Shown here: positions 18,095 through 27,022 of the stretch, piece after piece
Layout of the letters: each line of letters starts with the position of its first letter
Position numbering within the stretch: position 1 is the stretch's first letter
Source of the DNA: Caldilineales bacterium
GTDB lineage: Bacteria > Chloroflexota > Anaerolineae > J102
NCBI GenBank assembly: GCA_019695115.1
Contig: JAIBAP010000007.1
Span: 48,793 to 112,792, forward strand
Direction: 5' to 3'
DNA length: 64,000 nucleotides
Position numbers and translations under genes: made by a program
Notes under the pieces: model-generated
The model's input: the letters and a program-made list of their open reading frames with translations, nothing else
The model's database searches: none
Told to the model about the DNA's origin: nothing

Positions 18095-19087
18095 ATGAAG
18101 ACCTCGGCAGTCTTGTTCTTCGTTACGTTGTTTTTGGTCGTGTCTGTGGTGGCTGGTTGTGCGCCGGCAGGGCAAAGCCAGGCAACTGCGGCCCCTGTCG
18201 TCACTACCAAAACCTATGCAGACTTGACGTTGTGCTATCCCCAACTCGGCGCCGAGAGCGACTGGCGCACGGCCAATACGGCCTCGATCAAAGAGACCGC
18301 CGAGAAACTGGGGATCAAGCAGTTGGTATTCTCGGATGCGCAGCAGAAGCAAGAGAACCAGATCGCAGCCGTACGCGCCTGCATCGCACAGAAGGTGGAC
18401 GTGATCGCTCTGCCGCCTGTTGTCGAAGACGGTTGGGATGCCGCCCTCACTGAGGCCAAGAACGCTGGCATCCCGGTGATCATCGTTGACCGCAGCGTGA
18501 GCGCCGACCCTTCGCTCTACGCCGCCCACATCGGCTCGAACATGGTGCTGGAAGGTGAGCGCGCCGCCGCCGAGTTCAACAAGATGTTGCCCAATGGCGG
18601 GGCCGTGCTCGAACTTTCGGGGACCACCGGTTCGGGCGCAGCGGTTGGCCGGGCCAAGGGCTTCCGCAACAAACTCAACCCCAACATCAAGATCCTCGAC
18701 TCGCAGACCGGCAACTTCACCCGCGCCGAAGCCGTGCCCGTGATGCAGGCCTTCTTGAAAAAGTACAAGCCAGGTCAGGACTTCCAGGGCGTCTTCATCC
18801 ACAACGATGACATGGGCATTGGCGCCATCGAGGCCCTCAAGGCCGCCGGCGTCAACCCCGGCGACCTCAAGATCGTGTCTGTGGATGGCACCCGCGGTGG
18901 GTTCCAGGCCATGGTCGACGGTTGGTTCCAGGCCGATGTCGAATGCAATCCCCTGCTCGGCCCGCAAGTCTTCGACATGGCCCTGAAGCTGGTGAACGGC
19001 GGAGCGGTCGATCGCGAAACTCTGACCAACGAGACCGTGTACTATCCTGACAAGGCCACCGATCTGCTGCCCACCCGCCAGTACTAA
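18095..19087 (+). CDS. YtfQ-like ABC transporter sugar-binding lipoprotein
   Basis: Paralog of the previous SBP (QQKQENQIAAVRACIAQ; IHNDDMGIGAIEALKAAGVNPG) with a lipobox VVAGC. It has its own promoter and is the first gene of the transporter operon. Confidence 0.85.
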   Translation: MKTSAVLFFVTLFLVVSVVAGCAPAGQSQATAAPVVTTKTYADLTLCYPQLGAESDWRTANTASIKETAEKLGIKQLVFSDAQQKQENQIAAVRACIAQKVDVIALPPVVEDGWDAALTEAKNAGIPVIIVDRSVSADPSLYAAHIGSNMVLEGERAAAEFNKMLPNGGAVLELSGTTGSGAAVGRAKGFRNKLNPNIKILDSQTGNFTRAEAVPVMQAFLKKYKPGQDFQGVFIHNDDMGIGAIEALKAAGVNPGDLKIVSVDGTRGGFQAMVDGWFQADVECNPLLGPQVFDMALKLVNGGAVDRETLTNETVYYPDKATDLLPTRQY

Positions 19088-19136
19088 TCACCCCGGTTGC
19101 GCGAGTCCCAACGACCACGCACGCCTACACCTCCAA

Positions 19137-19182
19137 CCTGAACAGAGAAGCGGCGTCCTCTGGCGCTACTTCTCTGTTCAGG
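19137..19182 (+). promoter_or_regulatory. Intercistronic stem-loop between SBP2 and the ATPase gene
   Basis: CCTGAACAGAGAAG-(18 nt)-CTTCTCTGTTCAGG is a perfect 14-bp stem with no T-tract. This is typical of the mRNA stabiliser or partial attenuator that follows a highly expressed SBP gene. Confidence 0.5.
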
Positions 19183-19237
19183 ACAGACGACGCCCACATG
19201 CCAGCCGGCTTGAGCATTCGAACCAGCAGGAGTTCCT

Positions 19238-20758
19238 ATGACCGCCGCCGAACCACAGACTATCCTCAGCATGCGAGGCATCACCAAGTCCTTCCCAGGC
19301 GTCATGGCCCTTGAGGAAGTCGACTTTTCTTTGCGGGCAGGTGAAGTGCACGCCCTGATGGGAGAGAATGGGGCGGGGAAATCGACATTGATCAAGGTGT
19401 TGACGGGGGTAGAACAGCCTGACTCCGGTGTGATCGAGCTGATGGGCAAACCGGTGCAAGTGCGATCTCCGCAGCATTCACAGAAAATCGGCATCAGCAC
19501 GGTCTATCAAGAAGTCAACCTGTGCACTAATCTGTCGGTGGCCGAGAACATCCTGTTAGGACGCGAGCCTCATCGCTTCGGCGGCATCGACTGGCGGCAG
19601 ATGAATCGACTTGCCGGCCAGGCAATGAAGCGACTGGACATCGACATCGATGTCTCGCGCCCACTGGGTGCGTACTCGCTGGCCATCCAGCAAATGACCG
19701 CCATCGCCCGCTCGCTGGAGATCGCTTCCGCCAAAATCTTGATCCTGGATGAGCCTACTTCCAGCCTGGACGCCAACGAAACCAAACTCCTGTTCGAGGT
19801 GATCCAGAAGCTGCGGAATGAAGGGATCGGCATCATCTTCATCACCCACTTCTTGGATCAGGTGTACCGGATCGCCGATCGGATCACCGTCCTTCGCAAC
19901 GGCAGGTTAGTGGGCGCCTATGAGACCGCTTCCCTGCCGCGCGTCGAGCTTGTCGCCAAAATGTTGGGCCGCAGCATGACCGATCTGGCGGCGGTATCGG
20001 AATCCAAGGCCAAACACGAGCAGGAGACTCAATTGCAGCCGCTGCTCGAAGCCAAAGGGTTGGGGCGCGCAGGCGCCCTCGACCCCACCGACCTGGAGCT
20101 GAACGTGGGGGAGGTGGTAGGGATCGCCGGTCTTCTTGGCTCCGGCCGCACCGAAATGGCAAACCTGCTCTTTGGCGTCGATACGCCCGACACAGGCTCG
20201 CTCATGGTCAAAGGCAACAAGGTCGAACGCTTTTCGCCGATACACTCGCTTCGCAACCGCATCGCCTTGTGCCCTGAAGACCGGAAGGCGCAAGGCATTG
20301 TGGGTGATCTGACGATTCGAGAGAATATCATCCTGGCGTTGCAAGCTCGCTACGGTTGGTTCCGATACCTGAACATTGCCCAACAAAACGAGGTTGCCGA
20401 CAGGTACATCACGCTGCTGGGAATCGTTACTCCCTCGCCTGAACAATTGACCAAGAACCTGAGCGGCGGCAATCAGCAAAAGGTCATCCTGGCCCGGTGG
20501 CTGGCCACCAGCCCACAGGCGCTGATCCTGGACGAACCAACCAGAGGCATCGATGTCGGCGCCAAAGCCGAGATTCAGAAGCTGGTGCTCGATCTGGCCG
20601 AGGAGGGCAAGTCCTGCATCTTCATTTCCTCAGAACTGGAAGAAGTGATGCGCATCAGTCACCGCATTGTGGTGATGCGCGACCACAAGAAAGCGGCTGA
20701 ATATACGGGTGATGTTGACGCACAGACCATCATCCACACCATGGCAGGGGTGCTATGA
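19238..20758 (+). CDS. Sugar ABC transporter ATP-binding protein, duplicated ATPase (YtfR/RbsA-like)
   Basis: Two ABC cassettes: Walker A GENGAGKST and LSGGNQQK; signature LSLAIQQM-type; Walker B ILILDEPT and LILDEPTRGID. AGGAG RBS upstream. Confidence 0.9.
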   Translation: MTAAEPQTILSMRGITKSFPGVMALEEVDFSLRAGEVHALMGENGAGKSTLIKVLTGVEQPDSGVIELMGKPVQVRSPQHSQKIGISTVYQEVNLCTNLSVAENILLGREPHRFGGIDWRQMNRLAGQAMKRLDIDIDVSRPLGAYSLAIQQMTAIARSLEIASAKILILDEPTSSLDANETKLLFEVIQKLRNEGIGIIFITHFLDQVYRIADRITVLRNGRLVGAYETASLPRVELVAKMLGRSMTDLAAVSESKAKHEQETQLQPLLEAKGLGRAGALDPTDLELNVGEVVGIAGLLGSGRTEMANLLFGVDTPDTGSLMVKGNKVERFSPIHSLRNRIALCPEDRKAQGIVGDLTIRENIILALQARYGWFRYLNIAQQNEVADRYITLLGIVTPSPEQLTKNLSGGNQQKVILARWLATSPQALILDEPTRGIDVGAKAEIQKLVLDLAEEGKSCIFISSELEEVMRISHRIVVMRDHKKAAEYTGDVDAQTIIHTMAGVL

Positions 20759-21831
20759 AGAACTCTCCGCGACTCAAACGCATGCGTGAAAGCCGGCTGT
20801 TCCTGCCGTTGGGCGCGCTGGCGTTGATTCTGCTTTTCGATGCCATCTATGCTCCCAGTTTCTTCAGGATTGGCATCCAAAGCGGGCACCTGTATGGCAA
20901 CCTCATCGATGTGCTCAACAATGGCGCCCCGCTCATGCTGGTGTCCATTGGTATGACTCTGGTGATTGCCACCGGGGGGATCGATCTGTCGGTGGGCGCG
21001 GTGATTGCGATCTCGGCGGCGATGGGGGCGGTGTTGATCAACCCGGCCCTGGGCAACAGACTGATCAGCAATGAAATCCTGACCAAAGATGCCACCAACA
21101 CACCTCTGCCGATCATCGTTCTGGCCACCTTGGCGGCAGGGACATTGTGTGGACTCTGGAACGGGCTTCTAGTCTCAAGGGCCAGGATCCAACCGATGGT
21201 GGCGACGTTGATCTTGATGGTGGCTGGCCGTGGCATTGCCCAACTCATCACCAATGGGCAAATCATGACCATCTACTACACGCCCTATTTCTGGTTTGGC
21301 AACGGTTATATCTTAGGTTTGCCTGTTTCGATCTACATTGTCGCGTTTGTGGTTCTCGTGACCTGGGTATTGGTGCGCAGGACGGCGATCGGTATGTTCA
21401 TCGAGTCGGTGGGAATCAACGCTAAGGCATCCTACTACGGCGGTGTGGACGAGAAGAACATCAAATTGGCGGTCTACGCCTTTTGCGGCCTGTGTGCAGC
21501 TATTGCTGGTTTGATCCTCAGTTCCTATGTCCACAGCGCCGATGGCAACAACAACGGCCTAAACTATGAGTTGGATGCCATTCTCGCGGTGGTCATGGGT
21601 GGAACGCTGTTGTCAGGTGGACGATTTTCCTTGTTCGCCAGTGTGATCGGCGCCGTGGTCATTTGGACTTTCACCCTGACGGTGTACACGCTGGGGGTGC
21701 CTGCGAATGCTCTGCTGGCCGCGAAGGCGGTGCTGGTCATGGTTGTCATCCTCCTTTATTCCGACTTTGCGCGACGACTGTTGAACAGGCTATCCGAGAG
21801 GAGAGGTACCCAAGATGGTACGGCGTCTTAA
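20755..21831 (+). CDS. Sugar ABC transporter permease (YtfT-like)
   Basis: Polytopic membrane protein of the BPD_transp_2 type (RbsC/YtfT family). Its start overlaps the ATPase stop. Confidence 0.85.
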   Translation: MKNSPRLKRMRESRLFLPLGALALILLFDAIYAPSFFRIGIQSGHLYGNLIDVLNNGAPLMLVSIGMTLVIATGGIDLSVGAVIAISAAMGAVLINPALGNRLISNEILTKDATNTPLPIIVLATLAAGTLCGLWNGLLVSRARIQPMVATLILMVAGRGIAQLITNGQIMTIYYTPYFWFGNGYILGLPVSIYIVAFVVLVTWVLVRRTAIGMFIESVGINAKASYYGGVDEKNIKLAVYAFCGLCAAIAGLILSSYVHSADGNNNGLNYELDAILAVVMGGTLLSGGRFSLFASVIGAVVIWTFTLTVYTLGVPANALLAAKAVLVMVVILLYSDFARRLLNRLSERRGTQDGTAS

Positions 21832-22795
21832 GCCCTTCCTGTTGGACTATGGTCCCCTGCTGACGACTGTAGCGATTTTCATCCTGGCCTACTTCATTGG
21901 CGGCCGCATCTATCCCGTCATGCGGCAGCCGCAGGTATTCTTCAACCTGTTCATCAACAACGGTAGCCTGTTGCTCGTCTCCATTGGTATGACGTTGGTG
22001 ATCCTGACGGGGGGCATCGACCTGTCGGTCGGCGGGGTGCTGGCCTTGACCACGGCCGCGTCGGCAGCTCTGCTCAAGGCTGGCGTCAGTCCGGTGCTGG
22101 TGATCCCGCTGATGATCGCAATGGGGATCACGTTTGGGCTGACTATGGGCGGCATCATCCAGTTCCTGAAGGTGCAGCCTTTCATCGCCACCTTGATGGG
22201 ACTGTTCTTTGCACGCGGCATGGCCTATATCATCAGCCTGAGTTCTGTCACTATCACCGATAGTTTCTACAAGTATCTGGCGTTGACGCCCGTCTACATA
22301 CCCTTTTTCTCCAAAACCTATGTCTATATTCCCACCCTTGTAGGGCCGCTGATGCTTTTGGTGTCCATCTACCTGACCTATTTCACTCGTTTTGGCCGCA
22401 CCGTCAAAGCCATTGGCAACAACGAACAGTCGGCTCTGCTGATGGGTCTACCGGTCGCACGCACGAAGCTCGCAGTCTACTCCTTCAGCAGTCTTTGTTC
22501 TGCTCTCGCCGGCATCGTCTTCAGCATGTCTCTGCTGGCTGGCTATGGCCAGTTTGCCACCGGCATGGAGTTGGACGCCATCGCCTCCGTGGTGATGGGC
22601 GGCACGTCGCTGTCAGGGGGTATCGGCTCGGTGATCGGCACCCTTTTTGGCGTCCTGATCAACGGCACCATCGTCTCGATCCTGCAATTCAACGGCACCC
22701 TGAGTTCGTGGTGGACGCGCATTGGCGTCGGTGTGCTCACACTCATTTTCATCGGCATTCAAAGCATTTTCTACGTGCGCAAGAAGCATTCTTGA
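21815..22795 (+). CDS. Sugar ABC transporter permease (YjfF-like)
   Basis: Second BPD_transp_2 permease overlapping the previous gene by 17 nt. This completes a ytfQRT-yjfF-type gene order. Confidence 0.85.
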   Translation: MVRRLKPFLLDYGPLLTTVAIFILAYFIGGRIYPVMRQPQVFFNLFINNGSLLLVSIGMTLVILTGGIDLSVGGVLALTTAASAALLKAGVSPVLVIPLMIAMGITFGLTMGGIIQFLKVQPFIATLMGLFFARGMAYIISLSSVTITDSFYKYLALTPVYIPFFSKTYVYIPTLVGPLMLLVSIYLTYFTRFGRTVKAIGNNEQSALLMGLPVARTKLAVYSFSSLCSALAGIVFSMSLLAGYGQFATGMELDAIASVVMGGTSLSGGIGSVIGTLFGVLINGTIVSILQFNGTLSSWWTRIGVGVLTLIFIGIQSIFYVRKKHS

Positions 22796-22871
22796 CAGCG
22801 GTTCGGCGCCATTTCTCCCGTCCTGTATCTCTGCGTCGTTCACCGCCTTCGTCCCGCCATCGTTCGGCCGC

Positions 22872-25800
22872 TCAGTGTTCTTCGATCACAATCGCCTTCC
22901 ATCCCTGTTCTCCCTGCATCGGGGCCGTGGCATAGTGCTTTACCCAGGGTTTGACCAGCATCGGGATATGCGGATAAAACATCGGCGCCACCGACGCCTC
23001 GTGTAAGAGCAGGTCTTCGGCCTGGTGGTAGAGACGCATTCGGGCGGCATGGTCGAATTCCCGGCGCGCTTCTTCGACCAGGCGATCATAAGTCGGGTTC
23101 TGCCAACCGGTGAAGCGCCGCACCTGCGCCATCGCCTGGCGCAGCCAGTCGTCAGGGTCGGGGTAGTTGCCCCACCACGACAACCCAAAGACGTGCGGTC
23201 GATCGACCGCCAGGCCAGCCAGATACTCACTGCGCGCCACTACCTCCGCTGTGATGTCGATGCCCAAGTTGTCGCGCCATTGCCCCACCCAGGCCGGCAC
23301 GGTCTGCTCGGCTTCGGGCGTGTAGAAAGTACGGAAGCGGATGGGCGGGAAGCCACGACCATCCGGGTAGCCAGCCTCGGCCAAGAGTTGGCGCGCCCGA
23401 TCGAGATCATAAGGCAGACCGACGCCAGGCCGGTGTCCGGGCATCCTGGCCGGGATCCAGCCTCCGCGATCGATGGCCCAGTGGTCTTTGCCTTGCGCCG
23501 CACGCACGGGAATGACATCTAACGCTCTGGCGAAGGCTTCGCGCACGCGCACGTCGTCGAACGGCGGCCGGCGTACGTCGAAACCGGATGCAACTGTGTA
23601 ATAAACGGGGAAAACTTTACGCTCTTGGCGGAAGCGCCGCTCCACCTCGACCAGGGCCGCCTGTGGCAGATTGCCGATCATCACCGCATCGATTTCACTC
23701 GCCTTGTACATCGCCAGCCCCAACCGCCAATCGGCCAGGGCCTCGGAGTTCAGCAACAGGTGAATCTCTTGCAGGTTGCCGGTGAAGCGTCTGCTAAAGC
23801 CAGGGTTGCGGGTGAGCACGATTTTGTCTCCACGCCGCCAGCTCAGCAATTGAAAGGCGCCGTTGCTGGCGATGTGCTCCGGTTGCGTCCAGGCATCGCC
23901 CCACTGTTCCACCACGTGACGGGGAATGGGGAAAGCGGCCGGCAAGGCCAACAGATGCAGGAAATAGGCAGCGGGTTGGGCCAGAGTCACGGCCAGGGTG
24001 AGATCATCTACCGCTTTCACACCCACCTGCTCCGAATCCTGAAGCCGTCCTTCGTGCAGATCCTGGGCGTTGGCGATGTCGTACAAGAAGCGGGCTGCGG
24101 GCGAATCCCTTTGTGACAACACCCGTTTCCAGGCATACTCGAAATCCTTCGCCGTGACAGGGGCGCCGTCCGTCCAGGCAGCGTCTGACCGCAGATGGAA
24201 GAGGTATCGCCGGCCGCCGTCCAGGGCTTCCCAGCGCCAGGCTGCGTCTGGGATGACCTCCATTTCCGGGCTTTCCTCCACCAGCCCGCTAAAGACGTGA
24301 TGGGTGACGCTGGCATCGCCTAGAATGGGATCGACGCTGAGTGGGTGATAGACATAAAGCAAGCGGAAGGGATGAGGGGCAGGCGGCAGGGTCAGGGCGC
24401 GTACCCTGATCGCCTCTGCCTTCTGCCAGAGGGCAAAGCCTTCGTCGTAGACTTGCCGCGCCGCCTCGAAGGCAAAGACGCTATGATGGGTCTGTCCCAG
24501 CCTGAGAAGCGTATGTGCGGCGGCTTCATCATCACCCACCCCCTGCGCTATCGCCAGCGCGCGCTGATAATAGTCGATTGCCTCCTGGCTGGCGTACAAC
24601 GTGCGCGCCCGGTCGCCCGCCAACCATAGATAGCGCAGGGCCTTTGCCGTCAGCGCGGGGTCGTGCCCGCGGCCTTGCTCGAAGTGAAAAGCCAGCTCGC
24701 CCGCCAGCGCCTCGGCTTGGGTGGCATAGACGTGTTCCATGCCCTCGCCCACTCGACCGTGGATACGTCGCCGCCTCTGTTGCGGCAGTTCAGCATAAAG
24801 AACTTCCTGGATTTTGTGGTGAGTGAAGGCATAGTCTCGTCCCAACGGTCCCGTCCCTTCCTCGATCAGCCGGTGACGCAACAGATCCTCGACCGCCGCC
24901 AGCGTCGCCTCCTCACCTTGGCCCCAGATCGCCGCCAACAGGTCGAAATCGAACTCGCGCCCCAATACTGCCGCCACACTCAGGGCCTCTTGCGTCGTCT
25001 CTGGCACACGACGAGCGCGCGCGAGGATCGCCTCGCCCATCGTGGCGGGCAGAGGCAGCCTGGCCCTGATCGCTTGAGTCAGCTCACCCTGCCAGACGCT
25101 TCCTTCCATCCGCAGCACTCCCGCTTCGAACAACGCTTTGATTACCTGCATCAGGAAGAACGGGTTGCCTTCGGTCTCCCGGTACAACCATCCTGCCAGC
25201 GACCGCGCCTCCTCTCCCCTGCCCGACATCTCGTTCACGAATCGCTCTACGTCCTGTAGCGCCAACGGCGCCAACGTCAGCACCTCTGCCTTACCTTCGC
25301 GACTTAACCGACGGCTCATGGCGTTGAGGGGGTGATCCGATGCCAGCGCTTCGGGCCGAAAAGTGATCGCCAGCAGCGCCGGTCGTCCGTTCAGGCGTTG
25401 GGCCAAATGATGCACCATATCCAACGTCGGCCCTGTGGCCCAATGCAAATCCTCCAAGACGATCAAAATCGGCCCGTGTCCGGAAAGCTCGGACAGGAAT
25501 CTGGCTACGCCTTCGAACAGATGCTGAGGGTCGGCATCATTGGCGCCGCCGGGGGCGGGCCAGGCGCGCGGGCGTAACTCGCCGATCTCCGGCGCCAGCC
25601 GCTCGACCTCGATCAGGGTCCAGGCAGAAAGGGTTGCCGCTTCGTCGGCAGCCAGCGACGGCAACAGCGAGTGCAAGGCCTCGGCCACGGGTTGATAGGG
25701 CAGCACCCGCTCGAACTCGAAGCAACGTCCCCAAAGGACGCGGCCGCCCTGCCACCGCACCCACTGGCTGAAATCCTCCATGAGCCGCGTCTTCCCCCGT

Positions 25801-26708
25801 CCGGCCTCGCCGCGGATGAACACCGGTAACCCGCGTCCGGCCTTTGCCTCAACCCAGCGCGCCCGCAATCGCGTCCATTCCTGCTCGCGCCCCACCAGTC
25901 TGCCCCTTGTCAAGGCGTCGAATGGGTCGCGTCCGCCCGTAAGCGGGACAGGTGGCTCGGATTGCAGGGGCGTGGTCGCCGTGCCAACGCTCTCACCCAA
26001 GCGGTCCGACCGGATCGCTTCGGCGAGGGCGGTGGTTTCGGGCATCGGATCTGCGCCGAGTTCTTTCCGCAAAACATTTTGGCAGCGGCGGTACTGTTCC
26101 AGCGCCGCGCCGCGCCGGCCCAAGGCCGCGAACGTCCGCATGGCCAGCCGGTGGGCATCCTCGCGCAGTGGGTCGCAGGCCAGCAAGCGCCCGGCCGCGG
26201 CCAGCGCCGCCTCGAAATCGCCCTGCACTTCGCGACCAGTCATCAGCCGCGCCAGCGCCTCGGTATAGAGCGCCTCCAGCCGGTATCGCTCCGAGATCAC
26301 CCAGTCATCGTAAAAGCCGTCCAGAAAGTCGCCGCGATAGAGACTCACAGCCTCTTGTGCAGCGTCTAGGTCTCTACGCGCCGCCAGATCCGCAAAGGCA
26401 TCGCTGTCGAGCCAGCAATCGACCTCGGGAGCGAGGAAAACCGTGTGCAAATCGCTGACGATCACACCGTCGCCCAGGCAACGGCGGATATGCCATAGCG
26501 CCGTGGCCAGCGAGTGATGAGCCTTCTCTTCTGGCCTCTCACCCCAAAAGAGATCGGCCAGGCGTTCGCGGGGATGGGGCTGCCGACGATGGACCAGGAG
26601 ATAGGCCAGCAATGACTGAGACTTGAGTGTGGGTGGCTTGAGCAGGCTGCGCTCGCCCATGCACACGTCTATCGACCCGAACAGACGGACTTGTAGAACA
26701 GACGCCAT
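22872..26708 (-). CDS. SARP/AfsR-family regulator (wHTH-BTAD-NB-ARC ATPase-TPR) fused to a C-terminal family-5 solute-binding protein domain
   Basis: N-terminal OmpR-like wHTH (LQVRLFGSIDV...LKSQSLLAYLLV...LADLFWGERPEE), BTAD (LYRGDFLDGFYDDWVISERYRLEALY), Walker A GEAGRGKTRL and Walker B ILIVLEDLHWA, and a TPR-like alpha region. The C-terminal ~520 aa carry SBP_bac_5 hallmarks (WTDGAPVTAKDFEYAWKRVL; Opp/Dpp-like fold). There is no signal peptide or TM segment. Confidence 0.8.
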   Translation of the reverse strand: MASVLQVRLFGSIDVCMGERSLLKPPTLKSQSLLAYLLVHRRQPHPRERLADLFWGERPEEKAHHSLATALWHIRRCLGDGVIVSDLHTVFLAPEVDCWLDSDAFADLAARRDLDAAQEAVSLYRGDFLDGFYDDWVISERYRLEALYTEALARLMTGREVQGDFEAALAAAGRLLACDPLREDAHRLAMRTFAALGRRGAALEQYRRCQNVLRKELGADPMPETTALAEAIRSDRLGESVGTATTPLQSEPPVPLTGGRDPFDALTRGRLVGREQEWTRLRARWVEAKAGRGLPVFIRGEAGRGKTRLMEDFSQWVRWQGGRVLWGRCFEFERVLPYQPVAEALHSLLPSLAADEAATLSAWTLIEVERLAPEIGELRPRAWPAPGGANDADPQHLFEGVARFLSELSGHGPILIVLEDLHWATGPTLDMVHHLAQRLNGRPALLAITFRPEALASDHPLNAMSRRLSREGKAEVLTLAPLALQDVERFVNEMSGRGEEARSLAGWLYRETEGNPFFLMQVIKALFEAGVLRMEGSVWQGELTQAIRARLPLPATMGEAILARARRVPETTQEALSVAAVLGREFDFDLLAAIWGQGEEATLAAVEDLLRHRLIEEGTGPLGRDYAFTHHKIQEVLYAELPQQRRRRIHGRVGEGMEHVYATQAEALAGELAFHFEQGRGHDPALTAKALRYLWLAGDRARTLYASQEAIDYYQRALAIAQGVGDDEAAAHTLLRLGQTHHSVFAFEAARQVYDEGFALWQKAEAIRVRALTLPPAPHPFRLLYVYHPLSVDPILGDASVTHHVFSGLVEESPEMEVIPDAAWRWEALDGGRRYLFHLRSDAAWTDGAPVTAKDFEYAWKRVLSQRDSPAARFLYDIANAQDLHEGRLQDSEQVGVKAVDDLTLAVTLAQPAAYFLHLLALPAAFPIPRHVVEQWGDAWTQPEHIASNGAFQLLSWRRGDKIVLTRNPGFSRRFTGNLQEIHLLLNSEALADWRLGLAMYKASEIDAVMIGNLPQAALVEVERRFRQERKVFPVYYTVASGFDVRRPPFDDVRVREAFARALDVIPVRAAQGKDHWAIDRGGWIPARMPGHRPGVGLPYDLDRARQLLAEAGYPDGRGFPPIRFRTFYTPEAEQTVPAWVGQWRDNLGIDITAEVVARSEYLAGLAVDRPHVFGLSWWGNYPDPDDWLRQAMAQVRRFTGWQNPTYDRLVEEARREFDHAARMRLYHQAEDLLLHEASVAPMFYPHIPMLVKPWVKHYATAPMQGEQGWKAIVIEEH

Positions 26709-26898
26709 CAGCGTAGTCCTTCATTCACGATTAACAGAAAGTGACAACGCTCACATTTTATCAAAGCACCTGTGCGTACCCAAATCGAAGGCGCGGTCTC
26801 ACAAGGGGTTACAGCCGATGATCACCAACCCCTTCTCATGTGCACGTCCGACCCCGTGCAGCCTAAACTGAAATCACGTCGAGAACAGTAGTTTTGTC

Positions 26899-26982
26899 AC
26901 GGACGAAGGACGAAAGACGATGGACGAAGAAGGCCGTCTGGGTGGAGGAATCGCCTTTGTCCTCAGTCCTTCGTCTTTCGTC
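26899..26982. repeat. Repeated ~70-bp element, copy B
   Basis: ggacgaaggacgaaagacgatggacgaagaaggccgtctgggtggaggaatcgcc...tcgtctttcgtc. Internal 12-bp inverted repeat gacgaaagacga/tcgtctttcgtc. It lies between the GH3 stop and the SARP-SBP5 regulator start. Confidence 0.7.
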
Positions 26983-27022
26983 AAATCAGAAACGGAACTT
27001 ATGTTTTCAAAGTGACTTAGGT

